A stretch of 64,000 nt of DNA, from the NCBI RefSeq assembly GCF_030144855.1, contig NC_082706.1, positions 44,454,001 through 44,518,000 on the forward strand, read 5' to 3'. Shown here piece by piece: positions 10,027 through 23,529 of the stretch. A program made the translations under genes and the position numbers. The DNA comes from Hypanus sabinus (lineage: Eukaryota). Within the stretch, counting starts at the first letter, position 1. Each line of letters starts with the position of its first letter. The notes beneath the pieces are model-generated. The model was not told the origin of the DNA. It did no database searches and worked only from the letters and a program-made list of their open reading frames with translations.

Positions 10027-10290
10027 AGTCATCAGGTGCGGATAACGGCCCAAGTGCGGAGCGAGAGACACTGAAATAGGTCGATAGTTCACAGACTTTA
10101 ATGCGAACAGTGTTAAAGGAAAGAGAAAACAATAAACACCAGGCCAAACAGGACCGTTAACTAAAACTCTCAAATGGAAAATGAAGCCTACACTGCAGCT
10201 GGAAAGAGCAGTGTAGCATGAATAAAACGAATACCTCTCGTCTTCAGAACCAGTTGACCCGACAGTCCAATTTCTCAGGCAAGGTTGAAT
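10027..10290 (-). mobile_element. Probable LTR fragment
   Basis: Minus strand ends ATTAAAGTCTGTGAAC...GCACTTGGGCC...CCTGATGAC, typical of LTR U5 ends; no TSD found. Confidence 0.4.
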
Positions 10291-10299
10291 GTAAGAGGC

Positions 10300-10442
10300 A
10301 TTTTGGGCCAAGACCCTTCATAGGAGTCTCAGCTCGAAACCTCGACTGTTTACTCTTTTCCATAGATGCTGCCTGTCCTACTGAGTTCCTCCAGCATTTG
10401 TGTGCATTACTTTGATTACCAGCATCTGCAGATTTTTCTCTT
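10300..10442 (+). mobile_element. Penelope-like element terminal (pLTR) fragment
   Basis: CGAAACCTCGACTGT...GATGCTGCCTGTCCTACTGAGTTCCTCCAGCA motif shared with copies at 48345-48470, 50190-50280 and 51840-52100. Confidence 0.7.
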
Positions 10443-10444
10443 GA

Positions 10445-11130
10445 ATAAGAAGTTGGTGTTCTGGCACCACTCAGCCCGATTTTCAATCTCCCTTCTATAT
10501 GCTGATCCATCGCCACCTTTGATTCGGCCTGTGACAGTGGTGTCACCAGTAAACCTGAATATGACATTGGAGCTGTGCTTAGCAACACAGTAAAGTGAGT
10601 AGAGTGGGGGCTAACCACACAGCCTTGTGGTACACCTGTGCCGATGGAGTTTGTGAAGGAGATGTTGTTGTCAGTCCAAACGGACTGAGGTCCAAATGAG
10701 AAATAGTGGACCCAGTTGCACAAGGACGTATTGAGGCCAACGTCTTGGAGCTCATTGATTAGTTTTGAGGGGATGCTGGCACTGAATGCTGAGCTGTGTC
10801 GATAAAGAGCATCCTGATGTTTGCATCTTTGCTGTCCAAATGTTCCAGAGCTGAGTGAAGAGCCAATGAGATGGCATCTGTTATGGACTTGCTGCTCCAG
10901 TAGACAATTTGGAGCAGATCCAAGTGGTTTCTCAGGCAGGATTTGATATGTTTCATCACCACCCTCTCAAAGCACCTCATCACAGTGATGTACGTGCTGG
11001 TGGACAATAGTTCCTGAGGCAGGTTTGCTCATTCTTCTGAAGCACCGGTATAATTGAAGCCTGTTGAAGCAGGTGGTACCTCAGGCTGCTGAAGTGAGAG
11101 GTTAAAGATCTCAGTTGGTCAGCACAGGTC
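10445..11130 (-). mobile_element. Rex1/Babar-type LINE reverse transcriptase fragment
   Basis: ORFs 10244-10723 and 10759-11007: GTGVPQGCVVSP; CFERVVMKHIK...DAISLALHSALEHLD...IRMLFID. Confidence 0.85.
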
Positions 11131-11134
11131 ATTA

Positions 11135-12560
11135 GTCTTGTGTGTTGAGACCTTGGTGCTACAGCTTATATGCTGATGGAAATTGAGCAAGGTTTTCTTC
11201 AAACAAGCCTGGTTGAAGTCCCTGTCTATGATTTGAAATGCATTGGAATGGACTATTTCTTGCTTGGAGATGACATCATGAAAACTCTCAAGCACTTGAT
11301 CGTAGTTGCTGCTAGTAGCATGTAAACTGTGGTCATGATTATGGAGGGAAACTCATTTGATAAATAGAACAGGTAGCATTTGATTTTTAGTTGTTCAAGT
11401 TTGGAGGAAAATGAGTTGGACAAAACTACTACATCGGAGCACTACCAGGAGTTTATCATGAAACACACATGAGCACATTTTGCCTTTCCCAATTCAGCAG
11501 ACTGAGCTATACCATAAATTGAGATTTTTATCACGTTCATACACTTAGCTTTGCAGCAGCATCTGTACCTGCACTGTAGCAGAAAGAGATGGACCACGTG
11601 CTGCAAGGCTGCCTGGGTACTCAGTGTCACCTGGATGATCACTGTCACCAGTCAGGATGACAAGGAGCATCTCCAAACTCTCAAGACAGTGTTAAATAAT
11701 GAGGATCATATGCTTAGGACACGATGCAACAAGTTTATTAAATCAAGCATTTGGGGTGTAAACAATACAGCCAGTACTTGTATGGGAGAGATTTTAACCT
11801 CATTACTGGCCACCAACAAGTGTCCATTTTCAATACATAGAAGGGTGTTCCAGTAACAGCAGAGCAGCAAACACAGAGATGGGCTCTGTTTCATGAAGGA
11901 CACAGTTACATGATTGAATTCAAGAGGATGACTAATCATTGAAATGCTGATGGATTGTCCTGTTTACCCTTGAAAACACATAGCTGAGAAATTTAAAAAA
12001 GAAAACACTGCTCTTGACATAACACAAATCAAACGTCTCCCTTTTACGCCAGAGATGAACAAAGAGAAATCAGAAAATCCCCCATGCTGTCTCAAGTCTA
12101 CCAGGCCACCCAAGATAGCTGGAATGTGCAGCAGAAATCCCAAATCCCCCACTTTTTACTTGCACTGGGATGATTTTGCTCTTGACAGAGGTTGCCTTCT
12201 GTGTGGATTGAGAGTTCCTGCACCTTCCTGGCTAAGAGCCAAAGTGTTAGAGGAGATTCTCAGCCAGGATGCCAGTCATCTCGATGTGGGCAAAATGAAA
12301 GCGTTGGCTTGAAGCTTTGTCTGGAGGCCTGGGATAGATCAACAGATCGAGCAGTTTGTTATGCATTGTTCGGGATGCCGACATGTCCAGAAGAATGGAG
12401 TCCAGAGCTGTCCGAACCACTTCCTGCGGTGCCAGAGTCAACTCTTACAACCACCAGGGAGGAGGAACCAGAACTTGAGATTGTTTCACAGCCACAAGTT
12501 TCTCCCGCCAACCAGAGTGACCCCACTCCCCCCACCACCGTTACAAATACAGTGGCTGAT
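11135..12560 (+). mobile_element. Decayed Gypsy pol (RT to integrase) remnant
   Basis: Fragments ITVTSQDDKEHLQTLKTVL (RT), and HLDVGKMKALA plus HCSGC (integrase HHCC zinc-binding region), with many frameshifts. Confidence 0.7.
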
Positions 12561-12579
12561 TGACTTCAAGTTGTCAAAA

Positions 12580-13685
12580 GTCAATTCACATCAATTTTTA
12601 TTGTCTTTTCGACCATGCCTGCTGGTTCAGTACCCAGTAAAAATGACACAGCGTTTTTCAGGACCATGGTGCTACATGAAACAATACAACAACTGCACTG
12701 AAACTATGTAAAACAACACAAAAACTACACTAAACTACAGACCTACACAGGACTGCAAAAAGTGCACAAAACAGTGCAGGCAGTACAATAAGTAATAGGT
12801 AGTACAATAGAGACAATAGGCACAGTAGAGGGCAGTAGGTTGGTCAGTCTGGGCTCTGAGTATTGAGGAGTCTGAGGGCTTGGGGTAAGAAGCAGTTACA
12901 CATTCTTGTCGTGAGAGCCTGAATGCTTTGGTGCCTTTTCTCAGACAGCATGAGGGAGAAGAGTTTGTGTGAGGGGTGTCTAGGGTCCTTCATAATGCTG
13001 TTTGCTTTGCGGATGCAGCATGTGCTGTCAACGTCTGTATTGGCAGGAAGAGAGACCTGATAACCTTCTCAGCTAACCTCACTATCCGGACAGAGACTTG
13101 CGAACTGAGACGGTGCGATTCCTGTATCAGGCAGTGATGCAGCTGCAGAGGATGCTCTCGATACATTGAACGTGATGAGTATAGGGAGTGGGAGATGGAC
13201 TTTTCTCTGCCTTCACAGAAAGTCGAGATGCTGTTGGGCTTTCTTGGTTATGGAGCTGGTGTTGAGGGACCAGGTGAGATTCTCCACCAGGTGAACACCA
13301 AGAAATTTGGTGCTCTTAATGATCTCAACGGAGGATCCGTCAATGTTCAGCAGAGAGTGGTCACTCCGTGCTCTCCTGAAGTCAACAACTATATTTTTTG
13401 TTTGCTTTACATTCAGAGACAGGTTGTTGGCTCTGCACCAGTCTGTTAGCTGCTGCACCTCCTCTCTGTAAGCTGACTCGTTGTTCTTGCTGATGAGACT
13501 CATCACGGTCGTGCCATCGATGAACTTGATGATGAGATTCGAGCTGTGTATTGCTGCACAGTCGTGGGTCAGCAGACTGAATAGCAGTGGACTGAGCACA
13601 CAGCCCTGGGGGGCCCCCGGGTTCAGTGTGATGGTGTTGGAGATGCTGCACCCAAGCCGAACTGACTGAGGTCTCCCAATCAGAA
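12580..13685 (-). mobile_element. Rex1/Babar-type LINE RT and 3' end
   Basis: ORF 13213-13599: LSPLLFSLLTHDC...KFIDGTTV...WCRANNLSLNV...KFLGVHL; CA-rich 3' tail near 12700-12790. Confidence 0.9.
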
Positions 13686-13744
13686 AGAGGATGAGATCTC
13701 AGGGTACTTGGAGGTACGAGATCAAATAGACATACTCAGCATGA

Positions 13745-14530
13745 TTTCATCAAATGAAAATCTCGCCTGACTAATCTGTTGGAACTCCTTGAAGAAACAA
13801 CAAGCAGGGTAGACAAAGGAGAATCAGTTTATGATGGGTACTTGTATTTTCAGAAGGCCTTTGAGAAGGTGCCACAGATGAGTTGGCTTAACGAGCTACG
13901 ACCTCATCAATTTGCAGGGAAGATTCCCGCATGGATTAAGTAGTGGCTGATTGGCAGAAGACACAGTGTGGGAATAAACAAGCCTTTTCTGGATGGCTAC
14001 CGGTGTCCAGTGGTGTTCCAGAGGGGTCTGTGTTAGACCGATTCCATATCAATAATTTGGACGATAGAATTGATGGCTTTGTTGCACAGTTTGCGGATGA
14101 TATGAAGTTTGGTGGAGATTCAGGTAGTTGTGAGGAAGTAGAGAGGCTACAGAGGATTTAGAAAGATCAGGAGAATGGGCAAAGGAATGGCAGATAGAAA
14201 ACAGTGTTAGGAAGTGTATGGCCATGCACTTTCGTGGAAGAAATGAAAAGGATTGATTATTTTCTAAATGGAGATAAAGTACAGAGCTCTGAGATGCAAA
14301 GAGATCTGAGATCCCTTGTGCAGGAATGCCTAAAGGTTAATTTGTAGGTTGAGTCTGTGGAGAGGAAGGCAAATGTGATGCTAGCATTCATTTCAAGAGG
14401 ATTAGAAGCAAGAATGTAATGTTAATACTTTATGAAGCACTGGTGAGACCTTACTTGCAGTCTTGTGAGCAGTTTTGGGCCCCTAATATTAGAAAGGATG
14501 TGCTGAATCTGGAGAAGATCAGAGAATCCT
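13745..14530 (+). mobile_element. CR1 LINE RT fragment
   Basis: SGVPEGSVL...VAQFADDMKFGG (RT motifs) and LYEALVRPYL...QFWAP. Confidence 0.85.
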
Positions 14531-16002
14531 TTGATCCTCAAATTTTGCCCACACACCCCTCCACCCCCCTCCTCCAGCACTCTCCCTTACCCCACACTCT
14601 CTCAGACCTCCCTCCAGCTCATTCCCGCAGTGAAGCCTCAGATCTCCAAGGCACACAAACACGTGATGACACACACACAACATGTGACCATGTACTCACT
14701 TGTCTCAAACACGCATGTGGAAGAGAGACATGTGTGTATATATATATTAGGTTATTAACTGTCCAGTGCTATCACGGGGTATCAATGTCATGAAAACGAG
14801 GTTCTCGCAGCATCAAAAGAGTTTCTATGGAGACACGATTAACATAAATTAACATAACCTCAAATTAACCTACATTTAATCAACAAAATAAATAAAGCAG
14901 ACTGTAGGAATGGTGTAGATGAGAGGAAATCTGGTTTAACATTGGGTTAGGGTTTTCTGAGTGGGTTCAGGAACCTATGACTGTGGAAATAAGTTGTTGT
15001 CAAGCCTCTTTAGGAATAAAAAGGCACACGAACATGGCATCACATTTCCATGTGAGCATGTCCTCACGTGGTTCAAACATACATGCTCGTAGACATGAAC
15101 ACACCAACACAGCCAGGCACTCTTACCTGGACGGGGGGAGGGGGTGGGGGAAGAGAATGTGAGAAACCGGGGGGGGGGGGGGGAGGGAGGAGGGAGGGAC
15201 AGACTCACTGGGGGTGGTGGTTCGGGTTGATCTAACCTGCATTGCCTGCTCTCCCTCTGTCTGACCTTTTGGGCTCAGCTCAGATGTTCATGGAATATCA
15301 AGTGTCACAAACACCAGATCCACGGGACCCTGGTGAGTTGCTCTGCCCTCTCCAGAGACCTTCAGTACATTACCATGTAACCCATCACTCCCCACTTTAC
15401 CTGACATGGGAGTGAGCAAGGCTGACCAATAGGAAGAAAGATCTGACCCTGACATCCCACAAACACAACCTCCCTCACCCCACCACATCTCCGGTGTCCC
15501 TTATCTGCCACGAAACAGCTGAGTTTACGATGAGACATCGTTTAGAAGCTTCTGACAGATAGGTCGGTATCTGTTACCCGGGGTTATAATGTTCAATATT
15601 AGAGGACACGCATTGAAGGTGAGAAGGCATAGAACATTCACAGGACAGCATCCTTTTCATACAGCGAGCTGAGGGAGTCTGTAATGTTCTGTCAGGGGTG
15701 GTGGTGAAGGTAGAGGTGTTTCAAAGGCAGTAAGATAGGCATAGGAATGTGCAGGGAATAGAGGGATATGGACAAGTTGTAGGCAGAATAGGTTAGCTTA
15801 GTTTTGGATTTGATTTCTAGAATAATTGTCTCACTTTAACACTATGAGCCACAGGGGATGTTCCTGAGCTGTACTTTCCCACATTCTATGTACATTGGAA
15901 CACATTGCAAAGGTGAAATGGAATTGATTGTAGAAATCATTCCAGTGATTAACACATGGAATCTTGTGTTCTCATGCTTAAATCTTTATTTGTCTTTATT
16001 AG

Positions 16003-16284
16003 ATGCCCCACAGAATCTCTCAATCACTCCTCCCAACAACGTGAACAATTCCTGGGTGAATATGAAGGAAGGGATTCCTACATCGATCCTCTGCTGCGTC
16101 CAGAGTTTCCCAGCATCTAATCTAACGTGGAGACGTCTCGGTGTCACACTGAACACAACAAGTTCCAGCAATTAACTGTGGCTGGAGTTTCCTCAGGTGA
16201 CACCCCAGCAGGCTGGAGTCTATCAGTGTGTGGCAGAGAATGAACACGGGACAGCGGAGAGGGCCATCACCCTCAGTGTGGAGT
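16003..16284 (+). pseudogene. Orphan Siglec/CD22/MAG-type C2-set Ig exon with in-frame stop
   Basis: tttattag acceptor and gtaagt donor; 282 nt, phase 1-1; APQNLSI...ILCCVQSFPASNLTW...SSN*LWLEFPQVTPQQAGVYQCVAENEHGTAERAITLSVE; TAA at 16173-16175. Confidence 0.85.
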
Positions 16285-16347
16285 GTAAGTGAATGCATTG
16301 TACAAATGCAAAGTCAGTGGACTATTTATCCTTCGGTACACAATACA

Positions 16348-16522
16348 CACTCAGCGGCCACTTTATTAAGCTCCTGTACACCTGCTCGTTAATAGAAATA
16401 TCGAATCAGTGAATCATGTGTCGGCAACTCAATGCATAAAAGCATGCAGACATGGTTAAAAGATTACGTTGTAGCTCAGAGCAAATATTGGAATGGGGAG
16501 GAAATATAATCAAAGTGATTTT
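16348..16522 (+). mobile_element. Tc1/mariner-derived element, 5' fragment
   Basis: CACTCAGCGGCCACTTTATT start, homologous to 7045-7230. Confidence 0.75.
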
Positions 16523-17236
16523 AACCATTCTCTGCAGGCTCGCTGACCTTGAGTGTAAGTGAGGAAGAGGAGGATGTGACCACCTTCTGTACCATCTGAA
16601 ACCAGCATGGAGAGGTCATGTTTGCAGTGTCCCTGTGGATGAAAGGTGAGGATATCTCTGAGAAATATTCTCCACTCAGCAGACTGCAGCCCTAACCTCA
16701 GCAATTCCCTCCATCCTCTACTCGAGCTCCATATGAGCAAAGTCCACCTTTCCTCCCAGCTAGATGGGGAAGATCCCGTCGCCAGAGGGGAGTTCATTCC
16801 AGAGTCCTGGTGCCAATAATGGTCACGTTTCATTACTGGTTGTGGGATCTTGCTGTGTACATTCTCGCTGCCCTGATTCCCTTGGGAGCTGGTGGCAACC
16901 ATAGCTCACAAGCTAAGGAACACATTGGGATGGTGAAATGTGCCAGTGATGTTGGAATCGCACCCTCCACTCTCCTTCAAAACCCCACGGCCTTGATCCA
17001 TTTCCCTCAATGTGCTGAGGACAAAGCCGAAGTAAAATAGGGGATGAACACATGGATCTCTCTCTTCCACTAAATGTTGGCACTGAAAACCCGAATGTCC
17101 TGGATATTACATTAGAATCAGAATCAGAATCAGGTCCAATATCACCGGCACACGCTGTCAAATGTGTTGTTTTGTGGCAAGACTACATGGCAATGTACAG
17201 TACAATATCTATAAATTACAATAAGAAATATATATA

Positions 17237-17275
17237 CAGTGTCTGTAAAAAGTATTCAGCCCCCTTGGAGGTTTT
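17237..17275 (+). mobile_element. Tc1-type TIR stub
   Basis: TA|CAGTGTCTGTAAAAAGTATTCAGCCCCCTTGG, cut off by the CR1 insertion. Confidence 0.5.
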
Positions 17276-18550
17276 GGAGAGACATAATATGATTAGGAAG
17301 AGTCAGCATGGCTTTGTCGAAGGCAGGTCATGCCTTACGAGCCTGATTGAATTTTTTAAGGATGTGACTAAACACATTGATGAAGGTAGAACAGTAGATG
17401 TAGTGTTTATGGATTTCAGCAAGGCATTTGATAAGGTACCCTATGTGAGGCTTATTGAGAAAGTAAGGAGGCTGGGATCCAAGGCGACATTGCTTTGTGG
17501 ATCTAGAATGGGCTTGCCCACAGAAGGCAAAGTGTGGTTGTAGATGGGTCATATTCTGCATGGAAGCCAGTGACCAGTAGTTTGCCTCAGGGATCTATTC
17601 TGGGACACCTACTCTTCGTGATTTTTAATAAATGACCTGGATGAGGAAGTGAAGGGATGGGTTAATAAATATGCTGATAACACAAAGGTTGGGGGTGTTG
17701 TGGATCACATGGAGGGTTGTCAGAGGCTACAGCGGGACATCGACAGGATGCAAAATTGGGCTGAGAAGTGGCAGGTGGAATTCAACACGAATAAGTGTGA
17801 TATGGTTCATTTAGGTAGGTCAAATATAATGGCAGAATATATTATTAATGGTAAGACTCTTGGTAATGTGGAGGATCAGATGGATCTTGGGGTCTGAGTC
17901 CATAGGACACTCAAAGCTGCTGTGCACGTTGACTCTGTGGTTAAGAAGGCATAGACAGCACTGGCCTTCATCAATCGTGGGATTGAGTTTAGGAGCTGAA
18001 AGATAATGTTGCAGCTATAGAGGACCCTGATCATACCCTATTTGGAGTACTGTGCTCAGTTCTGATCACCTCACTACAGGAAGGATGTGGAAACCAGTAT
18101 GTTGCCCAGACTGGGGAACATGCCTAATGAGAATCAGCTGAGTGAACTCGGCTTTTTCTTCTTGGAACGAGAGAGGATGCGAGATGACCTGGTGGAGGTG
18201 TACAAGATAATGAGAGGAATTCATCATGTGGATAGTCATAGGCTTTTTCCCAGGGCTGAAATGGCTAGCTCAAGGGGACACAGTTTTGGGGAGTTTGGAA
18301 GTCGGTACAGAGGAGATGTCAGGGTAAGTTATTTATGCAGAGAGTGGTGAGTACGTGGAATGGGCTGCCGGCAACAGTGGTGGACGCAGATGTGATAGGG
18401 TTTTTAAGAGACTCCTAGATAGCATGATCCCACATGGAGCTTAGAAAAAAAGTTTGGGCTATGTGTAACCCTAGGTAATATCTAAGGCAAGGACATGTTC
18501 AGCACAACTTTGTGGGCTGAAGTACTTGTATTGCACTGTAGGTTTTCTAT
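17276..18550 (+). mobile_element. CR1 LINE ORF2 RT and 3' end (~1.3 kb)
   Basis: SQHGFVEGRSCLTSL...VDVVFMDFSKAFDKVP; KYADNTKVGG; ERMRDDLVEVYKIMRG; several stops and frameshifts. Confidence 0.92.
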
Positions 18551-18689
18551 GTTTCTATGTTCATTGATATCAAGGGAAACTGGAGACTCGCTGACTCAGA
18601 CAAATAAAATTGCATTGCTTCTACTTGGGGGCGGTGGGGCACCTGGTGCGCAATGTGGAGACAATATCCGTTGGGGAATGCCGCTCATG

Positions 18690-19150
18690 GTTGGGGGGAG
18701 CTGGTGAGGGGGGAGTACAGTGGGGGGGGGTGGTGAAGAGGATGTGCCATGTTGTGGAAAGTATGGGAACGAGGAGGGTGCATTGTGCTGTGAGAGGGAT
18801 TGTGAAGAGGGAGTGCCACGTTGTGTGAGGGGCAGTGAAGAGAAAGCATTGCACTGTGGGATGGGCGGTAGGAGGGAGAGCTGCAAAATGGAAGAGGCAG
18901 TGTGGAAGGAATGCTACGCTATGGAGGGTTAGTGTGGAGGGAGCACCTCACTGTGGGAGAGGTGGTGTGGAGGGAACGCCCAACTGTGGGAGAGGTGCTG
19001 TGGAGGGAGCACCCCACTGTGGGAGAGGCAGTGTGGAGGGAGTGCCCTACTGTGGGACGGGCGGTAAGAAGGGAGTGCTGAGGTGTAGGTGTGGCAATGA
19101 GGAGGGAGCGCTGTGCTGTGGGTGGGGCAGTGATGTGCTGTGGAAGGGGA
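18690..19150 (+). repeat. Degenerate G-rich ~33-bp repeat related to the PDE9A-like intronic minisatellite
   Basis: GTGGAGGGAGCACCYCACTGTGGGAGAGG units; GAVEGAPHCGR period in ORF 18835-19155. Confidence 0.7.
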
Positions 19151-20574
19151 GGTAGCCACTTCCAGGAGAGCTCAATATTTTCGAACAAGCCACAAGCGTG
19201 GGAAGAACGTGTGTCATTTCCTCAGGAGTGGAGCTCTCTCAGCTTCACCATGTTGGAATCAACATCTGGAGATCTTCTGACCAAGATCAGTGACATTTGG
19301 CAGTACAACATCAACAAATAGCAAAGGTTTGTCATCCTCAGTGAGATCCATTACGCTGAAAAGGCAACTTACCTTTCGACTCAACTAACTATTTTCCAAT
19401 CGAATAAGTTATAGTGGTAAAGACAGTGGTGTTGGCATTGAGGGATATGAAAAAGGAACAAGGTATTACACTCATAACCAAACAAAGAAAGATGGACACT
19501 TGTAAAACACAATTTTACAAGCTACTGTGAACGATAAGAGGACAGAGACCATGTGAGGGTGGGGAGTGAGTGCAATGTACAGAGACAGTGAGAGAGATTG
19601 GGCCTAGAATCTGCAACTCCAACATCATTTGGGACAATTGTCTTCCAGTTTGTCAGAAAACACCAAGAAGACAAAGATTTTTTTTCTTTAAATAATGAGA
19701 CATTTTGAATAGACATTCTTTTACCCAGAGTTAGGGAATCAATATTCAGTTTTTGTCGTCTTGCTGTAGGGAAGAATGGAAATGAGGTTTGCGAGGATAC
19801 TGTCATGACTCGAGGGACTGAGGAATGGAGAGAGGATGAACAGGTTGAGATTTGGAATGTAGGAGAATGAGGAGTGACCTTATGGAGGTGTAGAAAATAT
19901 GAAGGGCCCAGGTAGGGTGAATGCACAGTTTAAGATGAAAGGTTAGAGATTTATTGGGAACTCAGCGGGGGGGGGGGGGGGGTTGGGTCATCTCTTTCAC
20001 TTTGAGGCTAATTTGAAATGAGCTACTGGAGGAAGTGACTGAGGCAAAGATGCCTGGACAGGTGCATGGACAGAGGGATATGGGCTAAAGGTTGCTTGGA
20101 TGGTACTCTTTGTTGGCATGGACCAGGTGGGGGGAAGGGCCGGTTTCCGACCTTGTGACTCGATGGAAGTTGTCAAAGTTCATTGTGCACAGGTTACTGA
20201 TGGTTACAACACAGGTACGCTGGGCATGTGAAGGTCAACACTGCATTGGCACTAACTGTATGGGGATCCAAGTTCAAGGGCAAAGATATCTTGCCAAAAT
20301 CATATGTGGTCCTCAAACATTGATCTACTTCTCCTTGCACAGAAGGTGCCTGAATGATTGGAAAATGGCAGTCAGCTCTGGGCTTCGTGTGAAGAGGAGT
20401 CTAGTCATGGGGTGGTGGGGGCTCAGACAATGCCTGTGTTTAGTGATATTACTGATTTGTTGGATATTAATTGAATCAGCGGGCATGGGGTTAGGGGAGG
20501 GAAGTGACGATCAGGTCAATAATCAGTCATATTTATTGAATAGTGGAACAGAGACGATCCTGTCCTGATATTAC

Positions 20575-21045
20575 GGGTTATGTGGTTTTCTGCTGCTGTA
20601 GTTCACCCACTTCAAGCTTCGCCCAATTGTCCACTCAGAGATGTTTTCCTGAACACCACTGTTGTAACGTGGTTATTTGAGCTACTGTCACCCTCCTGTC
20701 AGCTGAATAAGTCTGCACATTCTTCTCTGAGTCTCTCATTAACAAGGCATTTCCCCACAAAATTGCAGCTCACCAGTTTTTATTTTTTTGTTTGTTTGTT
20801 TTCACACCACACGCTGTAAACTCTAGAGATCGTTGTCCATGAAAATCCCAGGAGATCAGCAGGGTCTGAGATACTTAAACCACCCAGTCTGGCACCAGCA
20901 ATTATTCCACAGTCAGTCACTTAGATCACATTTCTTCACCACTCTGATGTTTGGTATGAACCTCTTGACCATGTCTGGATGCATTTAAGCATGAAGTTGC
21001 TGCAAGATGATTGGATGTCCCTGATAAAGTAATCACTGAGTGCAT
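20575..21045 (-). mobile_element. Tc1/mariner-derived element
   Basis: Reverse-complement homolog of 7045-7500. Confidence 0.8.
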
Positions 21046-23529
21046 GTTCCATGGAGGATTTGTCTAATGTTACATTTATTAAGAGTGGGATTAAAGATCT
21101 ATCAGTTTTACATCTCTGAACGGTTTGCTTCTATTGGATTTCCTACGTCTCCTTGACAATTCGCTCCCTGTGTCCGTGTTTCTAATGTTAACATGTCACA
21201 CTGCCTGAGCACACTCCCACCTGGGACAACTTCTGTTGGAATGTGCTCAGTGGAGCAGAACACATGCTTCAGTCCAACGACTGTGCATTTTCTCTCTCAG
21301 CCACAGCCCGTCCAATTTATGTGGTGCTTGCGCACAGTGTGATGCCCTTAATGCCAACGTCATAATATTTTTTTTTATCAATGGCCTGGATGGCAGGGTG
21401 TCTTTGATGATGAATGCTGGTTTCTTTTGGCAGCACTCCATGTAAACGTGCCCATTGGTGTGTGATTAATCACAGCATTGAGTGATGTTTCCTCTTGCTG
21501 AGAGTTTGCAATTGCTTATTGATGGACAGACCACGCTTGTGTGACGAGAAATGTCACAAGGCATATGGGTAATGTCTGAGATTGCCCAGGGGCACCTTGG
21601 CTTGCCTGTTGCACCCTGTCCAGTCCCATCCAAGGGGAGTGGGTGTGGGTGTATTGGTGAGGAAAAGTGGGTGAGTTGCATTGATCTGGCTGTGGGTTCA
21701 GAAGCCAGGGTGATCACTTCCAAGGGAGTGGATCTTGAGCACCCGTTCATTTCCGCATCACTTTGCTCAGTGTTAATATCTCTGGGTAGAGTTCGACAGC
21801 TACCCTGTCCCAAATTTTGCCACAAATGATCCCAACACAGCTTTGATTTCCAGTGATGAGGCATCAAAGGTTATTGCAGGAGATAAAGAGGTGCAGGAGA
21901 TAACACATAAAGTCAAGGTGGGCTGGCTGATGGGAAGCAAGTGGAGGACTAACCAATCAGGTGAGGAGGATGTGATGAATGGTGTGCCACAAAGGGAAGT
22001 GCTGCAGCCTCGGATTTTCACATCAGTGCCAAAGCAAAAACTAAACCATACGCTGCAAACATCAGCCAGAAGGGCCATGTCTGTACACAGCAGACTTGAG
22101 CAGACAATATCTTCATCCTCCTGTAGTGGTCCCCAGCGTGATAGACACCAGTCCTCTGTCAGTTTGGTTGATTCCACAATATCAACAACAGATGGCATTG
22201 ACACATCTAACCGGGCAGTTGCTTGGCAACAACCTGATCACAGAAGCTATTCCACTGAAGTCACCTTGTCTCCAGACTTCACCACAGCTCTGATCCAAAC
22301 AAAGCCCCAGGGTTAGGTAGCATTCACTAGTCTCGTCATCAGGGCCACATTTGATTGTGTAGCATCAGGGGCTCTGGTTACACTGGAATCCTCCACTGCT
22401 CAGAATCATCCAAGGCCAAGGGAGAGAGAGTGGACATGCAGATGATGTTTGCAATAGTGGGAGAGTCTAGGACCACAGGGCTTAGCCTTGGAATAGGACG
22501 TCTGTTTGAACAGAGATGAGGAGGACGAATTTCATTAACCATACGGTGGTGAATTTACAGAATTCATTGCCGCAGATGGCTGTAGAGCCCAAGTCATTGA
22601 GTATATTTAAAGAGGAGATTGACGTGAACTTAATCAGTGAGGGTGTCAAACCAATGGGGAGAAAGTGAGGAGAATGGGGCTGAGAGGGAAAATAAATCAG
22701 CCATGAAAGAATGAAAGAAAAACACGATGTGCTGAATGGTAAAATTCTGTTGCTGGGCCTTATGGTCTATCACATCATGGTGGTGGGAGATGAATCATCT
22801 CAGTTACAGGATGTCCCTGTAGGGATTCCACAGGATGGTGTCCTGGGCTCAAACATCTTCACTGCTTCATCAATGACCTTCCATCCATCAGACGGTCAGA
22901 CGTGATAGATGCACCGTGTTCACCGTTCACAACTCCCCAGGTAATGGAGCAGTCCACAGCCAAACGCTGGACAACACGCAGCCTGGGCTGATGTGTGGTG
23001 CCCGTGTCATTTGCCAGCTAAGTGTCAGATAGTAACGATATCTAACAAGAGAAAAATCAACCATTTATCGCTGACATTTAGTAGTATTTCTGTCATGGTA
23101 TCCTCTACCGTCAATCCCCTGGGGTGGGGGGAAGGCAGCTCACAACCACATTCTCAACGACAATTAGGGATGGGGGATTAAATACCATTTCAGCCTGTGA
23201 AGCTCACTACCTCTGAGTGAATAATAAATGTTATTTTTTACATTTTATGTCAGTGACGTGAAGGAGAGCACAGAAGTTCTGGTTACTAATGGCATGTGAT
23301 GGCACTGTGATTGTAATTGGTATCTGGTTTATTATTGTACAAGGATACAGTGAAAAGTTCCGTTTACATGCCAGCCATTCAGATCATTCCATACATAAGA
23401 ACATCAAGGTAGTATTAAAGAGAAAACAATTTCAGAATGCAGAAGAAAGGCTACAGCTGCTGAGAAAGTGCAGTGCAAGCAGACAATAAAGTGAAGGGCC
23501 ATGGAGAGGAACTTTCGGAGATCTGTTCT

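Noticed and set aside
15090-15460. Several micro-exon-like segments with good splice dinucleotides on both strands
   Set aside because: They could not be linked into a consistent frame or a recognisable protein; RNA-seq is needed.
19725-19763. 39-nt minus-strand phase 1-1 candidate exon (RRQKLNIDSLTL)
   Set aside because: Good splice signals but no neighbouring exons or homology; may be chance.
21843-22316. 157-aa ORF
   Set aside because: A chimera of CR1-like fragments (NGVPQREVLQP resembles the RT GVPQGSVLGP motif); not a host gene.
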